Shown here piece after piece: positions 50,376-61,419 of a stretch of 64,000 nucleotides of DNA. Under the pieces are notes generated by a model. It had not been told where the DNA came from, searched no databases, and worked only from the letters and a program-made list of their open reading frames with translations. The DNA comes from Tubiluchus corallicola. Taxonomy: Eukaryota > Animalia > Priapulida. How positions within the stretch are numbered: position 1 is the stretch's first letter; each line of letters begins with the position of its first letter. The stretch lies in assembly GCA_030141605.1 (NCBI GenBank), contig JAQGDQ010000044.1, forward strand, positions 1 through 64,000, written 5' to 3'. The position numbers and the translations under genes were made by a program.

Positions 50376-50929
50376 GTAAACAAGTAGTCAGACCCTGCCT
50401 TACCGGAATACAGATAGACTAGACACAGCCTGGCCTGAGCCAGACAACTTCTAGAACAGAAAGAAATTTATCCTCATTGCTTACTTACTTAGTTTCTTAC
50501 TTTTTACTTCCAGTACGTATAAGCGTTAAAGTACAAGAAAACCCTCAACTTACATAAAACTTGAAAAATTCGACTTAAGATTTTATGCCTCTTACATACT
50601 GTCTTTTTGCATATAGAACTTGTGTCGGCAAAAAGCTATATAAAACATGTAAATTTAAACTCTCGCGATGACCGATAGGCCCAGCCACTTTGACGACAGG
50701 TCATTTGAAATAAGTTTAGATAACATTGCGTTAGATAACCTAAGATTTAAAAATAATCAGAGCATTCGTAGCGCACACGTCACTAACTAAGTAAAATTTT
50801 AAATTACTGTATCTTGTCAATAACATTAAAAATACGTTTTTTTGGCTAGTGAGTGGTGGCTCTTGAGTTGAGTCAACGACATTTTACCACTTGGTGAACG
50901 CATTTTAAATGATTAATAATTTTCTTTTT

Positions 50930-51285
50930 AGATACATGTCTTTCAAGCGAAATGCTAAGTAATATAACTTTGCATGGAGAGTTTTTTGGAACATAATTTA
51001 GCATTTTCTTTTCTTCCCCTGATTTACGTTTGTGTATATGACGTCATGTAATGGCGAGGTCGCCCGTCGGAACAATATTGCGGGAGATTTAAAATGAAAA
51101 CAAAAAAATCCTTTCGACGCAAGTACGATATACGCATAAAATTGCTATAAAGTAATATAATTTTTAAGGCGATTTTTCTGAAACCTACTTCAGACTCCCT
51201 TTTCTTGTCCTTGAAGCATTTAATAAAAAATCCCGCTTTCATGAAACGAAAAGCTTCGCAGTTAAACCTTGTTCTCCTTACCATG
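50930..51285. mobile_element. Interspersed repeat family C, copy 2 (inverted)
   Basis: Shared motifs, e.g. gccattacatgacgt and ttttcattttaaatct, in opposite orientation. Confidence 0.65.
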
Positions 51286-51541
51286 AAGAGATGAGAAATC
51301 TAATCAAACAGCACGTCTTGACCTACTCAAAAACAGTTACAACAATTCCACATTATGCAGTGGACGAACACAAAGGAGCGTCTTCAAATTCGTACAAGTT
51401 TCGAGGTCAGACAACTGTCCATACAACTGCAACGACGGTGACGGTGACGACAAAGACGAAAACGTCAAGCTTGTCCAGGAGATTGTCTTGCGACGTTTAT
51501 AAAATTTGGAAGGAGATTGCAATTCCCCAACACAATTTGAA

Positions 51542-51916
51542 TAACCTAACCCTATCTCTAACCCTTACCCTGACACTAACCCAATCTTAACCCCAACTCT
51601 AACCCAATCCTAACCCTATCCCTAACTATAATCCTAACCCTAACCCCTGCCCTAACCCTAACCCTAACCCAACGCTAACACTAGTCCTAACACAAACCCT
51701 TACCCTGACACTAACCCTAATACAAACCCTAGTCCAATCCTAGCCCTAACCGTAACCCCAACCCAATCCCTATCCCTAAATTAACCCCAACCTTCGCCCT
51801 AACCCTAATACAATCCTAACCCTAACTCTAATCCAACCCTAACCCTAACCCCAACCCCGATCCTATCACTAATCCTAATCCTAACTCTAATCCTAATCCT
51901 AACCTTAATCCTAATC
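51542..51916. repeat. Degenerate (CCCTAA)n telomere-like repeat
   Basis: Hexamer periodicity with ccctaa/tcctaa/ccccaa variants. Confidence 0.85.
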
Positions 51917-52426
51917 AGATTCTGGAACTATTTTCTTCATCTGGAACTATCACCTTGTGTGTGAGAAATTGTAAACTTTAGCCATATAATAAATTACAGT
52001 TTAGCCATTACAGTTTAAATTAAAAAAAACGAACCAAAGTTGGATTGTTAGATTAAATAGACATTTAGTCTCATCACTGATGTTCCTCTTATCAATAAAA
52101 CACGTTTATTTTTATCACCCTTTTAGTCTTAACATTTAATGTGCATGCATCTTCTCAGCAACATTAACCAGAGCTGCATTAAGGTGAAGAATTAAAATAG
52201 TGCGTGATATCACAACGATAATAAATGCAACGGGTAACGGGTTAAACGAAATCGGATCATTTAATGAGTTTTAGCGGCTTTTTATAAAACTGAAGCTGCG
52301 AGTAAGAAAAATACAGCAATCACGTAACTTCTTGTCACTGGATTGGCTTGAAGAAAACCTCTGTTCCACCAGCATTGAACCTCTGAATGACGGCGTTAAA
52401 ACGTTCGATTTTTGCTTACCGACTAT

Positions 52427-52427
52427 A

Positions 52428-52458
<31 letters not shown>

Positions 52459-52485
52459 AATCGTCATCATCATCTCATCATCATT

Positions 52486-52530
<45 letters not shown>

Positions 52531-52541
52531 GTCATCATCAT
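52427..52541. repeat. (CATCGT)n/(CAT)n microsatellite
   Basis: Direct reading. Confidence 0.9.
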
Positions 52542-52996
52542 TAGGCTATTCTTTTTATTTCAGGCAAAAATGTCTCATATACAAATATTTATATAATTAC
52601 TGATATATCTAACATAAAAATAATTTGAGCTAAAAAGTCCACTAAAATGGTCCCAAAATTTTTTATAAATTGAAAATTTGGAGATAAAAAGTCTATTCCA
52701 CAATTTGAACGTATTCGATTTATATGGTGCATCACAATAAGCCTTTTCATAGTTTCGTTGTGCGCACGCGCAGTTGCTGTAGGTCAAAGGTTAAGTGAAC
52801 TACAGCAGTGCGTCTTAACTACAACAGTCACGTGACATTTTGGGAAAAGTAAAGGTGTCTGCCGCATCAGTTCAGTAACTTCAGTTGTTTTACGTGTATT
52901 TTACTTAATTATGCATTAGTCTCTGTGCATAGAGTGATTTAATAGCAAAATCTTGCTTGGGAATAAGGAAAAATGAACTAAGTAAGGCTCTAGCTA

Positions 52997-55900
52997 TGTA
53001 ACTGCAATATGCGTAACGACACCTATGTATTGGAAGGTGCTGCCCTCTACTTAAAACCTGCTCATTCTCCTTTGTTACCAAGCAACATTAACATAAGCTA
53101 CATGATACAAACTACATAAGCATTAAAAATTACAATCCTATTGTACTTAAAGGTATATGTATCATTCTAAAGCTATAGTTGCTATTTGTACTTAAAACTT
53201 ATCAGACGCTTAAATATGAGGCATAAATCCTTTCACCAAAGTTATTCAAACTGTCATTAAATACCCGGATTCTACGTGCCGGTAAACGTACAAACATACA
53301 GACAGTGTGTATCAGCAAACCTATGGCCTTAATATGTAAACAAGAACTTCCACAGATCTCACACTTTAACATAAATCGTGGCTTGGTATAGCAGCAGTTC
53401 ACTTACCATATATTAATGTTATACCGATTAAAGAAAACGTAATTATTAATTTAAACGCCATATTGCAAATTAGTTCAACATTCAACCATGCTTTTTGTTG
53501 AGCTTTCACACTCTTACGGATAATGCTTGATTAAGCAATGTACATTATGTTGGGTAACTTAGTAGATTTTCAAATTTTTAAGCAGGTACAGCCCGGTATA
53601 AATTTTGTCACAATGAGCAGTCGATTCAGCGTTGTTCACTGAAAATGAGCGAATTGGAAGAACAAGCTGAAATTAAAATGCTGGAAGCTGAAGAAAGGGT
53701 GCTCGCCAAGTTTGAAGTCGATGAGAGAGTAGAAGAAGAAGAAAAGAAGGAACTCCCATCTTTGCTTGCATATAAAAGGGATGAGACAAAGCGGTGGGTT
53801 GAAATGTGTGAAGAAGCAGTGAGACAGACAAATCATTCATCTCAAGGAAGTGCACCAATCTCAACACGAAGTTGTAGTTGTGACAATAGATGTGACGATG
53901 TATGTCATGCTCACAGCGAAGGAAACAAAACACACACAGGAGAAATAAGTCGGAAAATAAACGAATACAAGCTTGTTTCTGAAAGTGCAAGCTTGCCTAA
54001 GGTCGAGATGATGTATTTTGATGGAGACCCATTAAAGTTTCACCTGTTTATAAAGACCTTTGAACATGCAGTAGAGAGAGTTTCTGTAGACAGTCATGTC
54101 AATCTTCTGAGCTTACTACATTATTGTACAGGAAGAGCAAAAAAGGTGGTGGAAAGCTGCTTGCTCTTGCCTACTAATGAGGCCTCCTCCTACTACTACT
54201 ACTACTACTACTAACGCAAAGGCGAAGAAGATGCTTAATGAGCGTTTTGGGAATTCTTACAACATAGTTGAATCTTGGCTAACACGGATTAGAGAAACGA
54301 AGGCTGTTAAGGGCCGAGAAGAATTAATGCATTTCGCAGATGACTTGAGAATGGCTCAAGGAATACTGGCCAGCATTAACAAAAGAGAAGAAATAAATAA
54401 CCAGACAAATCTTTTGTGTATACTTGAGAAACTCCCAGTTTATCTCCAAACAAGGTGGAAGACAGAGGCATATAAAATTAGAATGAGCCAAGAAAGGAGT
54501 CCAACGATTGATGATGTAGTTCATTTTGTGGAAACAGCAGCTTTAGAGGCAAATGATCCAGTTTTTGGGAATTTAGGATATATCGACCGAGAAAGAAAGG
54601 AAACCCAGAAACTCACAACAAGAAAGGATGCTAAAGCAAGTTGCCAAACAAGTTTTTTATCTAAAATAGCAGGCGAATCGAAGAGATCTACGTGTAGCAT
54701 TTGCACTGGTGAACACTTTATAACTGAATGTGCAGACTTTAATGCCATGAAGCCTGAAGAAAGACTGGAGCTAGCCAGAGAGAAGAGACTTTGCTTTGAA
54801 TGTTTAAAGCCCAATCATAGCAGCTATAAGTGTGGTATGAGCAAAAGATGCAATGTCTGTCAAAGAAGCCATTCCACTTTCTTACACCTGAGTAAATTTA
54901 AGCAAGGCCGGCAGGATGATGAAGATAGTGATATGAGAGAAGCTAGCAGCAAGTATTCTGTCCAAAATGGTTACGTTGAAAGATATACAGTGCGCAAAAG
55001 GATTATTTTACCCGTTGTGAAAGTTCTTGTACAATCTCAAAAACAAAGAATGCCACTCGAGACTCTGGCTTTCTTGGATTCAGGTAGCACAAATACATTT
55101 TGCACTGAGGAGCTAGCCGCTAAATTGGGCGTAGATGGAAAGGATGTTGCCTTATCACTGACTACTTTGGAAAGGGAAAATAGCGAATTTACAGCCAAGG
55201 TGGTGAGTTTGCAAGTGATGAGCATGGAAAGAGATGAATGCATAACGCTTCCTGAAGTGTACACCAGACCTTCGTTAAGATTAAAGGGAGAAACTCTGCC
55301 AGATTTGAAAGATCTAAAAAAATGGGCACACTTGCAGGGCATACCATTGGCCTCTGGCGGTTGGGAGAACCTGAAGTGGGGCTTTTGATTGGTCAGGATG
55401 TGCCTATCGCGATGATTCCATTAGAGGTCAGAACAGGGCCACGAGGAGCTTCTTGGGCATCCAGGACTATACTAGGGTGGGCTCTTAATGGGCCAATAGG
55501 GTACACAAGCAGCAAAGCAATCATCAGTAACTATGTCCAAGCCACTACAGATCTTGACAGCATTGTCGCCCAGTTTTGGCAGATGGAAATGTGTGAAGAC
55601 GAAAATCATTATTCCAAAGAAGATGTCAAGGTGATCAAATTGTGGGAGGATTCAGTAACCCTAACTGAGGATAACCACTATCAATTGCCCATACCATTCC
55701 GAAGCGAGAATCCTGAGCTTCTAAACAATTTACCTGTGGTACAGTCTATGCTGCAGGGGCTTAAGAACAAGTTACAAAGGGACAATGCATTGCTAGAGAA
55801 GTATACTGCAGAAATCTCAAATATGCTGAATAAGGGTTATGCTGAGGAGATAAATCCCAAAGGGGTTAATGGAAGACCTGGAAAGATATGGTATTTGCCC

Positions 55901-58900
55901 CATTTTGCAGTCAGAAATACAAACAAACCAGATAAAACGAGAATTGTCTTTAATTGTGCAGTTCAATTTGCAGGTACTACTCTAAATAGGAACGTTGTGC
56001 AGGGTCCTGTTTTAACAAATAAACTGATTGGTGTTTTGCTTAGATTTAGAGAAAACCAAATAGCTTTGATGGCTGATATTGAATGCATGTTTCACCAAGT
56101 GAAGGTGCCTGCAGAGGATCGCGATGTCCTTAGATTTTTATGGTGGGAAAATGGTTGTTTAAACACGGAACCAAAGGTCTACAGAATGACTGTTCACACA
56201 TTCGGTGGAATATGGTGTCCAAGTGTTGCAGCGTTAGCACTCCAAAGCGTTGCAAAGCATAACAGGCATTTGTATGATGAAAACATAATTCAGACACTGC
56301 TGAAAGACTTCTATGTTGACGATTGCCTAACCTCAACTGTAAATGAAGAGAAAGCCAAGCACATGCGTCAAAAACTGAGCGATCTATTGGCTCGAGGTGG
56401 CTTTCGTTTAACTAAGTGGTGCAGCAACAGTAGAAGTGTCCTTGAGTCCATCCCAGAAGAGGAGCGGGGAAAAGGTGTTAAGAATCTGGATCTAGAAGCA
56501 CATACTTTGCCAGTAGAAAGGGCCTTAGGAATTTTCTGGGACATGACAATTTTGAAATTGATCAGTTCAAAATCCATGTAAACCAAAGACAAAAACCATT
56601 GACTCGCCGTGGCCTACTAAGTGTGGTGTCATCAGGTTATGATCCTGCAGGCATAATTTCTCCTTTTGTTCTACGTACCAAGCTCATGTTCCAGGAAGAA
56701 ACCCGCCTAAGAAAGGCATGGGATGAACCCCTGGAAGAGCACACTGCCAGAAAATGGAAAGTTTGGCAAGAAGAGCTTATGAAATAGGAAAACATGAAGG
56801 TAGCCCGTTGCTTGAAACCAGAGCATTTTGGGACCGTAACTAACACTCAATTGCATCATTTTAGTGATGCATCAGAAGTTGCCTTTGGAACAGTGTCCTA
56901 CGTGCGATTCGAGAACAACGATGGTAAAGTACATGTCTCCTTCATTTTGGGCAAATTACGCTTGGCATCTATGAGAGGTATGACAATTCCCAGACTGGAG
57001 CTTTCTGCAGCCATGCTATCAGCTAGAGTAGATCACATGTTACGACAGGAATTTAACATGCACATTGTTGAATCCATATTCTGGATGGACAGCTCAATAG
57101 TATTAGGCTACTTGAACAATGAAGTGGCAAGGTATAAAACCTTTGTTGCCAATCGTTTGGCTGTCATTCAGGAACTAACTTCACCACAACAATGGCATCA
57201 CCTACCAGGAGCAGACAATCCAGCAGATGATGCAACAAGGGGAATTGCAGCATTAGATCTGGTGAAGGAAAGCAGGTGGATAAATGGCCCCAAATTTCTG
57301 AAAAGCAAGTGAGAGCAATGGCCAAAGATCGGTGATAGTATCAAAGGCAAAGTTGTCTCAGATGATTCTGAAATTAAGAAAAGTCCTATGGTGGTCTACA
57401 CGTCTAAAGCAGTAGAAAAGGATGATAATGTCATCGACATGTTGTGTAAGCATTATTCAAATCTACATCGGCTAAAAAGATGTGTAGCTTATCTCCTACG
57501 TCTGAAACGATTGTTGAGAGACAAAGTACTTAAGAGGGTCAATGCTATTTCAAAGCACGCTGCCCTTTCTTTGAAGGAACTAATGGAGGCTGAGGAAGAA
57601 ATCATTAGACATGTGCAGTACATGCACTTCAAAGAAGAGCTCACAGGACAGAATGTGCTCAAAACCAGTCATTTGTATCAATTGGACCCTCAGAAATCAG
57701 ATAAAGGCATATTGGTAGTTGGAGGCAGACTAGCCAAAGCTCCTTTAGCTAAACAAGCTAAGCACCCAACAATACCGCCAGAAGACCATGTTTTTTCTCA
57801 CTTAGTTGTCCGACACTACCATGAAGAGAACTGCCATGCTGGATGCAATTACACTATGTCTGTAGTCAGAGGCAAGTTTTGGATCATTGTACTGAGAACT
57901 GTCGCAAGAAAGGTTATAAAGGACTGTCGCAGGTGCAGACATTTGTATGCACCCACGCTGGGCCAAAAGATGGCTGACTTACCCAGCGATAGGGTTTCAA
58001 GAGATTCTCCTCAGTGGGGGTAGATTGTTTTGGGCCCTTTTGGGTAAAGAGAGGGCGCACATCTACTAAGAGATATGGATGTTTATTTACGTGCATGGCA
58101 GTACGATCTATTCATCTAGAAGTTCTTTTTGACATGACAACTGATAGCTTTGTTAATGCCCTCTTCCGATTTATTAGCAGGAGGGGAAAGCCAAATGTGA
58201 TCAGGTCGGACCATGGGACAAACTTAGTTGGAGCAGACAGGGAGCTTCAAAAAGCTATGTTAGGCTGGAACCATCAGAACATCACTAGTCAGCTACACCA
58301 ACGTAACATAGAGTGGGAGTACAATCCGCCAGCTGCTTCACACATGGGAGGTTGGTGGGAAAGGATGCTAAGATCAGTCAGAAGGATATTGGTCCACCTT
58401 TTAGATGGACAGACCCTTGATGATGAAGGATTATCCACTGTATTCTGGCCGGTATCCAATGGAAGGCCGTTAACGCCGATTTCAGATGATCCAAAGGATG
58501 CAGAACCATTGACACCAAATCATCTGCTTTTAGCTCACAATGCTGCCTCACTGCCACAAGGAGTATTTTCTGAGTCTGATCGATACAGACACAAGTGGCG
58601 ACACATTCAACACTTAGTGAATGTCTTTTGGAGCAGGTGGACCAGAGAGTACTTGTCATCCTTACAGCAACGGAACAAGTGGACTGTGCCAAAAAGAAAT
58701 CTCAAAGTCAATGATGTGGTGCTTGTGAAGGAGACCACACCCAGAAATCTGTGGCCACTGGGCAAGGTGGAACAAGTTCATGTAGGCGAAGATGGGTTAG
58801 TGAGAAGTGCTACACTTAAAGTGAAAGCTGGATTTTTAGAGCGCGCCATACACAAGCTCTGTCTTCTAGAGGGTGCCGACTAACTGATTGTTGGAAATAT

Positions 58901-59357
58901 TTGGTAAAATGCTTTGTGAGTTCGCATTTTAGAGGGGGAGTGTAACTGCAATATGCGTAACGACACCTATGTATTGGAAGGTGCTGCCCTCTACGAGTGA
59001 GGAGGAAAGGATAGGAGGAGAACAATGGTGGTCGTGTTTTTATTGCAGTAATGTTTTTGTCGTTATTGTGTTATAGTTAATAACAGCGTTTAGTTATAAC
59101 CAAATTTTGTACCTTGAGAAATTTTAAATCTTGACGAAGAGCCAACGATGTAAGTTACATGAATTTAATTAAGTTATGAATTCAATCTCTGAAATTTGAG
59201 AAAGTACTTTGCCAATAAGTTGACTTCTTTGTAATTACTAAGCTTCTGTTTATCATTTTATTCATTTTCTTACTTGTTAATGTTCTCTTTATTATTCTCT
59301 TTAGAATAAACGACTTTGGAACATGAATCAAATAGTGAAGGTTTTCTGTACATAACA
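52997..59357 (+). mobile_element. BEL/Pao LTR retrotransposon, decayed
   Basis: TGT..ACA ends; TSD agcta/agctg (one mismatch); PPT agagggggag at 58931-58940; 3' LTR 58941-59357; only the first 54 bp of the 5' LTR are retained. Confidence 0.92.
53645..58883 (+). pseudogene. BEL/Pao gag-pol with frameshifts and in-frame stops
   Basis: FDGDP gag motif; three Cys/His knuckles (CSICTGEH, CFECLKPNH, CNVCQRSH); FLDSGS; WYLPH; FYVDD; HFSDAS; TIPRLEL; integrase VDCFGP/RSDHGTN/GWWER. Broken into at least 7 ORF pieces. Confidence 0.93.
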
Positions 59358-60148
59358 AGCTGCCTGTTAAAACTGTTACCATTACAAGAGCACGGGCTGC
59401 GAGGCGTTGTCAAGTGTACACAAATGCGTTATCTGGTACACTTAATCTTTGACCTTTTCCCGATCATTATCAATCGCTGGAACTGAGAAAAGGTTTATTC
59501 ACAATGTTAATAACGTATTGTTATTTGAGAACAGGGGACTATTTCTGAGGCTATATGCAGATTTCCTCGTCTATAGAAAACAGTTTGTTTTTGTTCCATT
59601 TTCTTGAGGAATTGCTCCTCAGGGCATTTTTCTGCGCGTTCTCACTGTGAAATGGTCCTAATAGTATGAGACTAAAATAAGTTTTTTGGTGAATCAGTAA
59701 TGCACACTGGGAAAGCGAGTCGGTGACACTTTTAACAGTTCGCGCCAGCATTCTAAATCACTAATAATTTTCTTTTCTAGTTACATAAGTCTTTCAAACA
59801 TCATTGGTACTGATCAGTGATTGTTACGGTCACGTTATTTTCGTGTCTCACAAAATTACAGATTTGTGTGTTTTTTTCTGCGTATGCTTTGTATAAACTG
59901 GTATTAGCAGAATTGTAAAGTTACCAGGAAAACAATAGTGCCATCTATAATCAAATTACTGCAAGGCGTTATCAAGTTTTCTGTAAAAAACTAAATCTCT
60001 TTTGGTCACACATCGAGTTTTGGCGGGAAAATTGGTCATCTCAATTGACGTGCTGTGCCTAGAACCAGCAAAACAAAATCATTACAACTATTCCGGCTAA
60101 TTAGCTAATGAATAGAAAAGTTTGGCACCTAGCCTTCCCTGGGTCGAT

Positions 60149-61414
60149 ATGCCAGATACCAACGACGCGAGTCAGTCAAGTGCTACGCTAAACACCAGAA
60201 ATAGTTGCCAATTCTGCAGGAAATCTAATGGGCTAGTCAAGCAAAGAAAAGTAACAGCAATTACCTGTGACAAATGCTATTCAAAACATTCAGACACCAG
60301 TCACCCCCTGTCTACGCAAGCCCAAACTGAAAGCGATGTTGTTTTACCAAAAAACTCTGTATCACGTAGAAGTTGGGGCAGCGAAGCTGATTTAGCAAAT
60401 GATGATTTACTGGGTTATTCTAGGGAGTCGTTATCTTCAATAGCCTGCAGTATGATTAACCATGAAAAAAGTAACAAGAAGTTGATCGAAATTTTTCGTC
60501 TGTTGAACAACAGCGAAGATGATCTTCCACGAGAGGAACTCATGATCAACAAAATTACGAACATGGAAAACCAAATTACGAACATAAATCGAGAACTTGT
60601 AGCACTGGGGAGATCGCAGAATTGTTCATACAGGGACGCTGTATCACGTAACTTAGGTCAAGTTACAGCGAAAACCACGAGAAATACCAGCCAGCAAAGT
60701 GTGTCGTATTTATACGACCCGGACAGAACGATACTCATTGAGAACGTTAATGATAAAGACATAGCAAAAACAAGCATGTCTATAAAGAAGAACCTTAGCC
60801 ACTATTTTCCTAGAACTCGTTTTGAAGTAGCTTTCAGGACGGCAACTGGAAAAATCCAACTGCAACTTCCGGATACCGAAACAGCAAACGACATTCTTCA
60901 GAAATGGCAGCCATGTTTTCTAGGTGACAATACAAATGCGAGAAAACCTAAGAACCAATTCTGGGGTCTCCTACGAGATTGTGATCCCAGCATGACGGAG
61001 GATGAAGTCCTGCATGACGTCCAGCAATTTGATTGCGATGCAGCTATAGAACGTTTCAAGTTCAAAAGTGGTAATGCAATGACTCTCGTAAAAGTGAAAT
61101 TCAGTAGTGCGCACATGTTGAATGAAGCCAAACGGAAAGGAATAGCCATCGGTCAACTAATTTGTGCTGTGGAACAGTTTGTCACCAAGCCAAAACCGCT
61201 ACGCTGCTTCAAGTGCCAAAATTTTGGTCACGTCTCAAAATGGTGTAACAAAACTGTGATGTGCGGTATCTGCTCTGGCAAGCACAATACATCAGACTGT
61301 GACTCCAACGAAAAGAAGTGTTGCAATTGCAAAGGGGACCACGAGGCCAGAAGCAAAACCTGCCCGAAGTACCAAGCAGAGGTGAAACGATTATCTGGTA
61401 ATAACGTTCAATAA
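60149..61414 (+). CDS. LINE ORF1, gag-like with three CCHC knuckles
   Basis: RCFKCQNFGHVSKWC, CGICSGKHNTSDC, CCNCKGDHEARSKTCP; predicted coiled-coil-like segment; first ATG at 60149. Confidence 0.9.
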   Translation: MPDTNDASQSSATLNTRNSCQFCRKSNGLVKQRKVTAITCDKCYSKHSDTSHPLSTQAQTESDVVLPKNSVSRRSWGSEADLANDDLLGYSRESLSSIACSMINHEKSNKKLIEIFRLLNNSEDDLPREELMINKITNMENQITNINRELVALGRSQNCSYRDAVSRNLGQVTAKTTRNTSQQSVSYLYDPDRTILIENVNDKDIAKTSMSIKKNLSHYFPRTRFEVAFRTATGKIQLQLPDTETANDILQKWQPCFLGDNTNARKPKNQFWGLLRDCDPSMTEDEVLHDVQQFDCDAAIERFKFKSGNAMTLVKVKFSSAHMLNEAKRKGIAIGQLICAVEQFVTKPKPLRCFKCQNFGHVSKWCNKTVMCGICSGKHNTSDCDSNEKKCCNCKGDHEARSKTCPKYQAEVKRLSGNNVQ

Positions 61415-61419
61415 CTACT

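Larger units (their letters stand above)
52736..59499. mobile_element. MITE family A, copy 3, split by the BEL/Pao insertion (52736-52996 and 59358-59499)
   Basis: Left and right parts join to give the family consensus; TIR aataagccttttcatagtttc/gaactgagaaaaggtttatt. Confidence 0.82.

Noticed and set aside
49838-50422. MDGW/HPSI repeat ORFs
   Set aside because: (GGAT)n translations.
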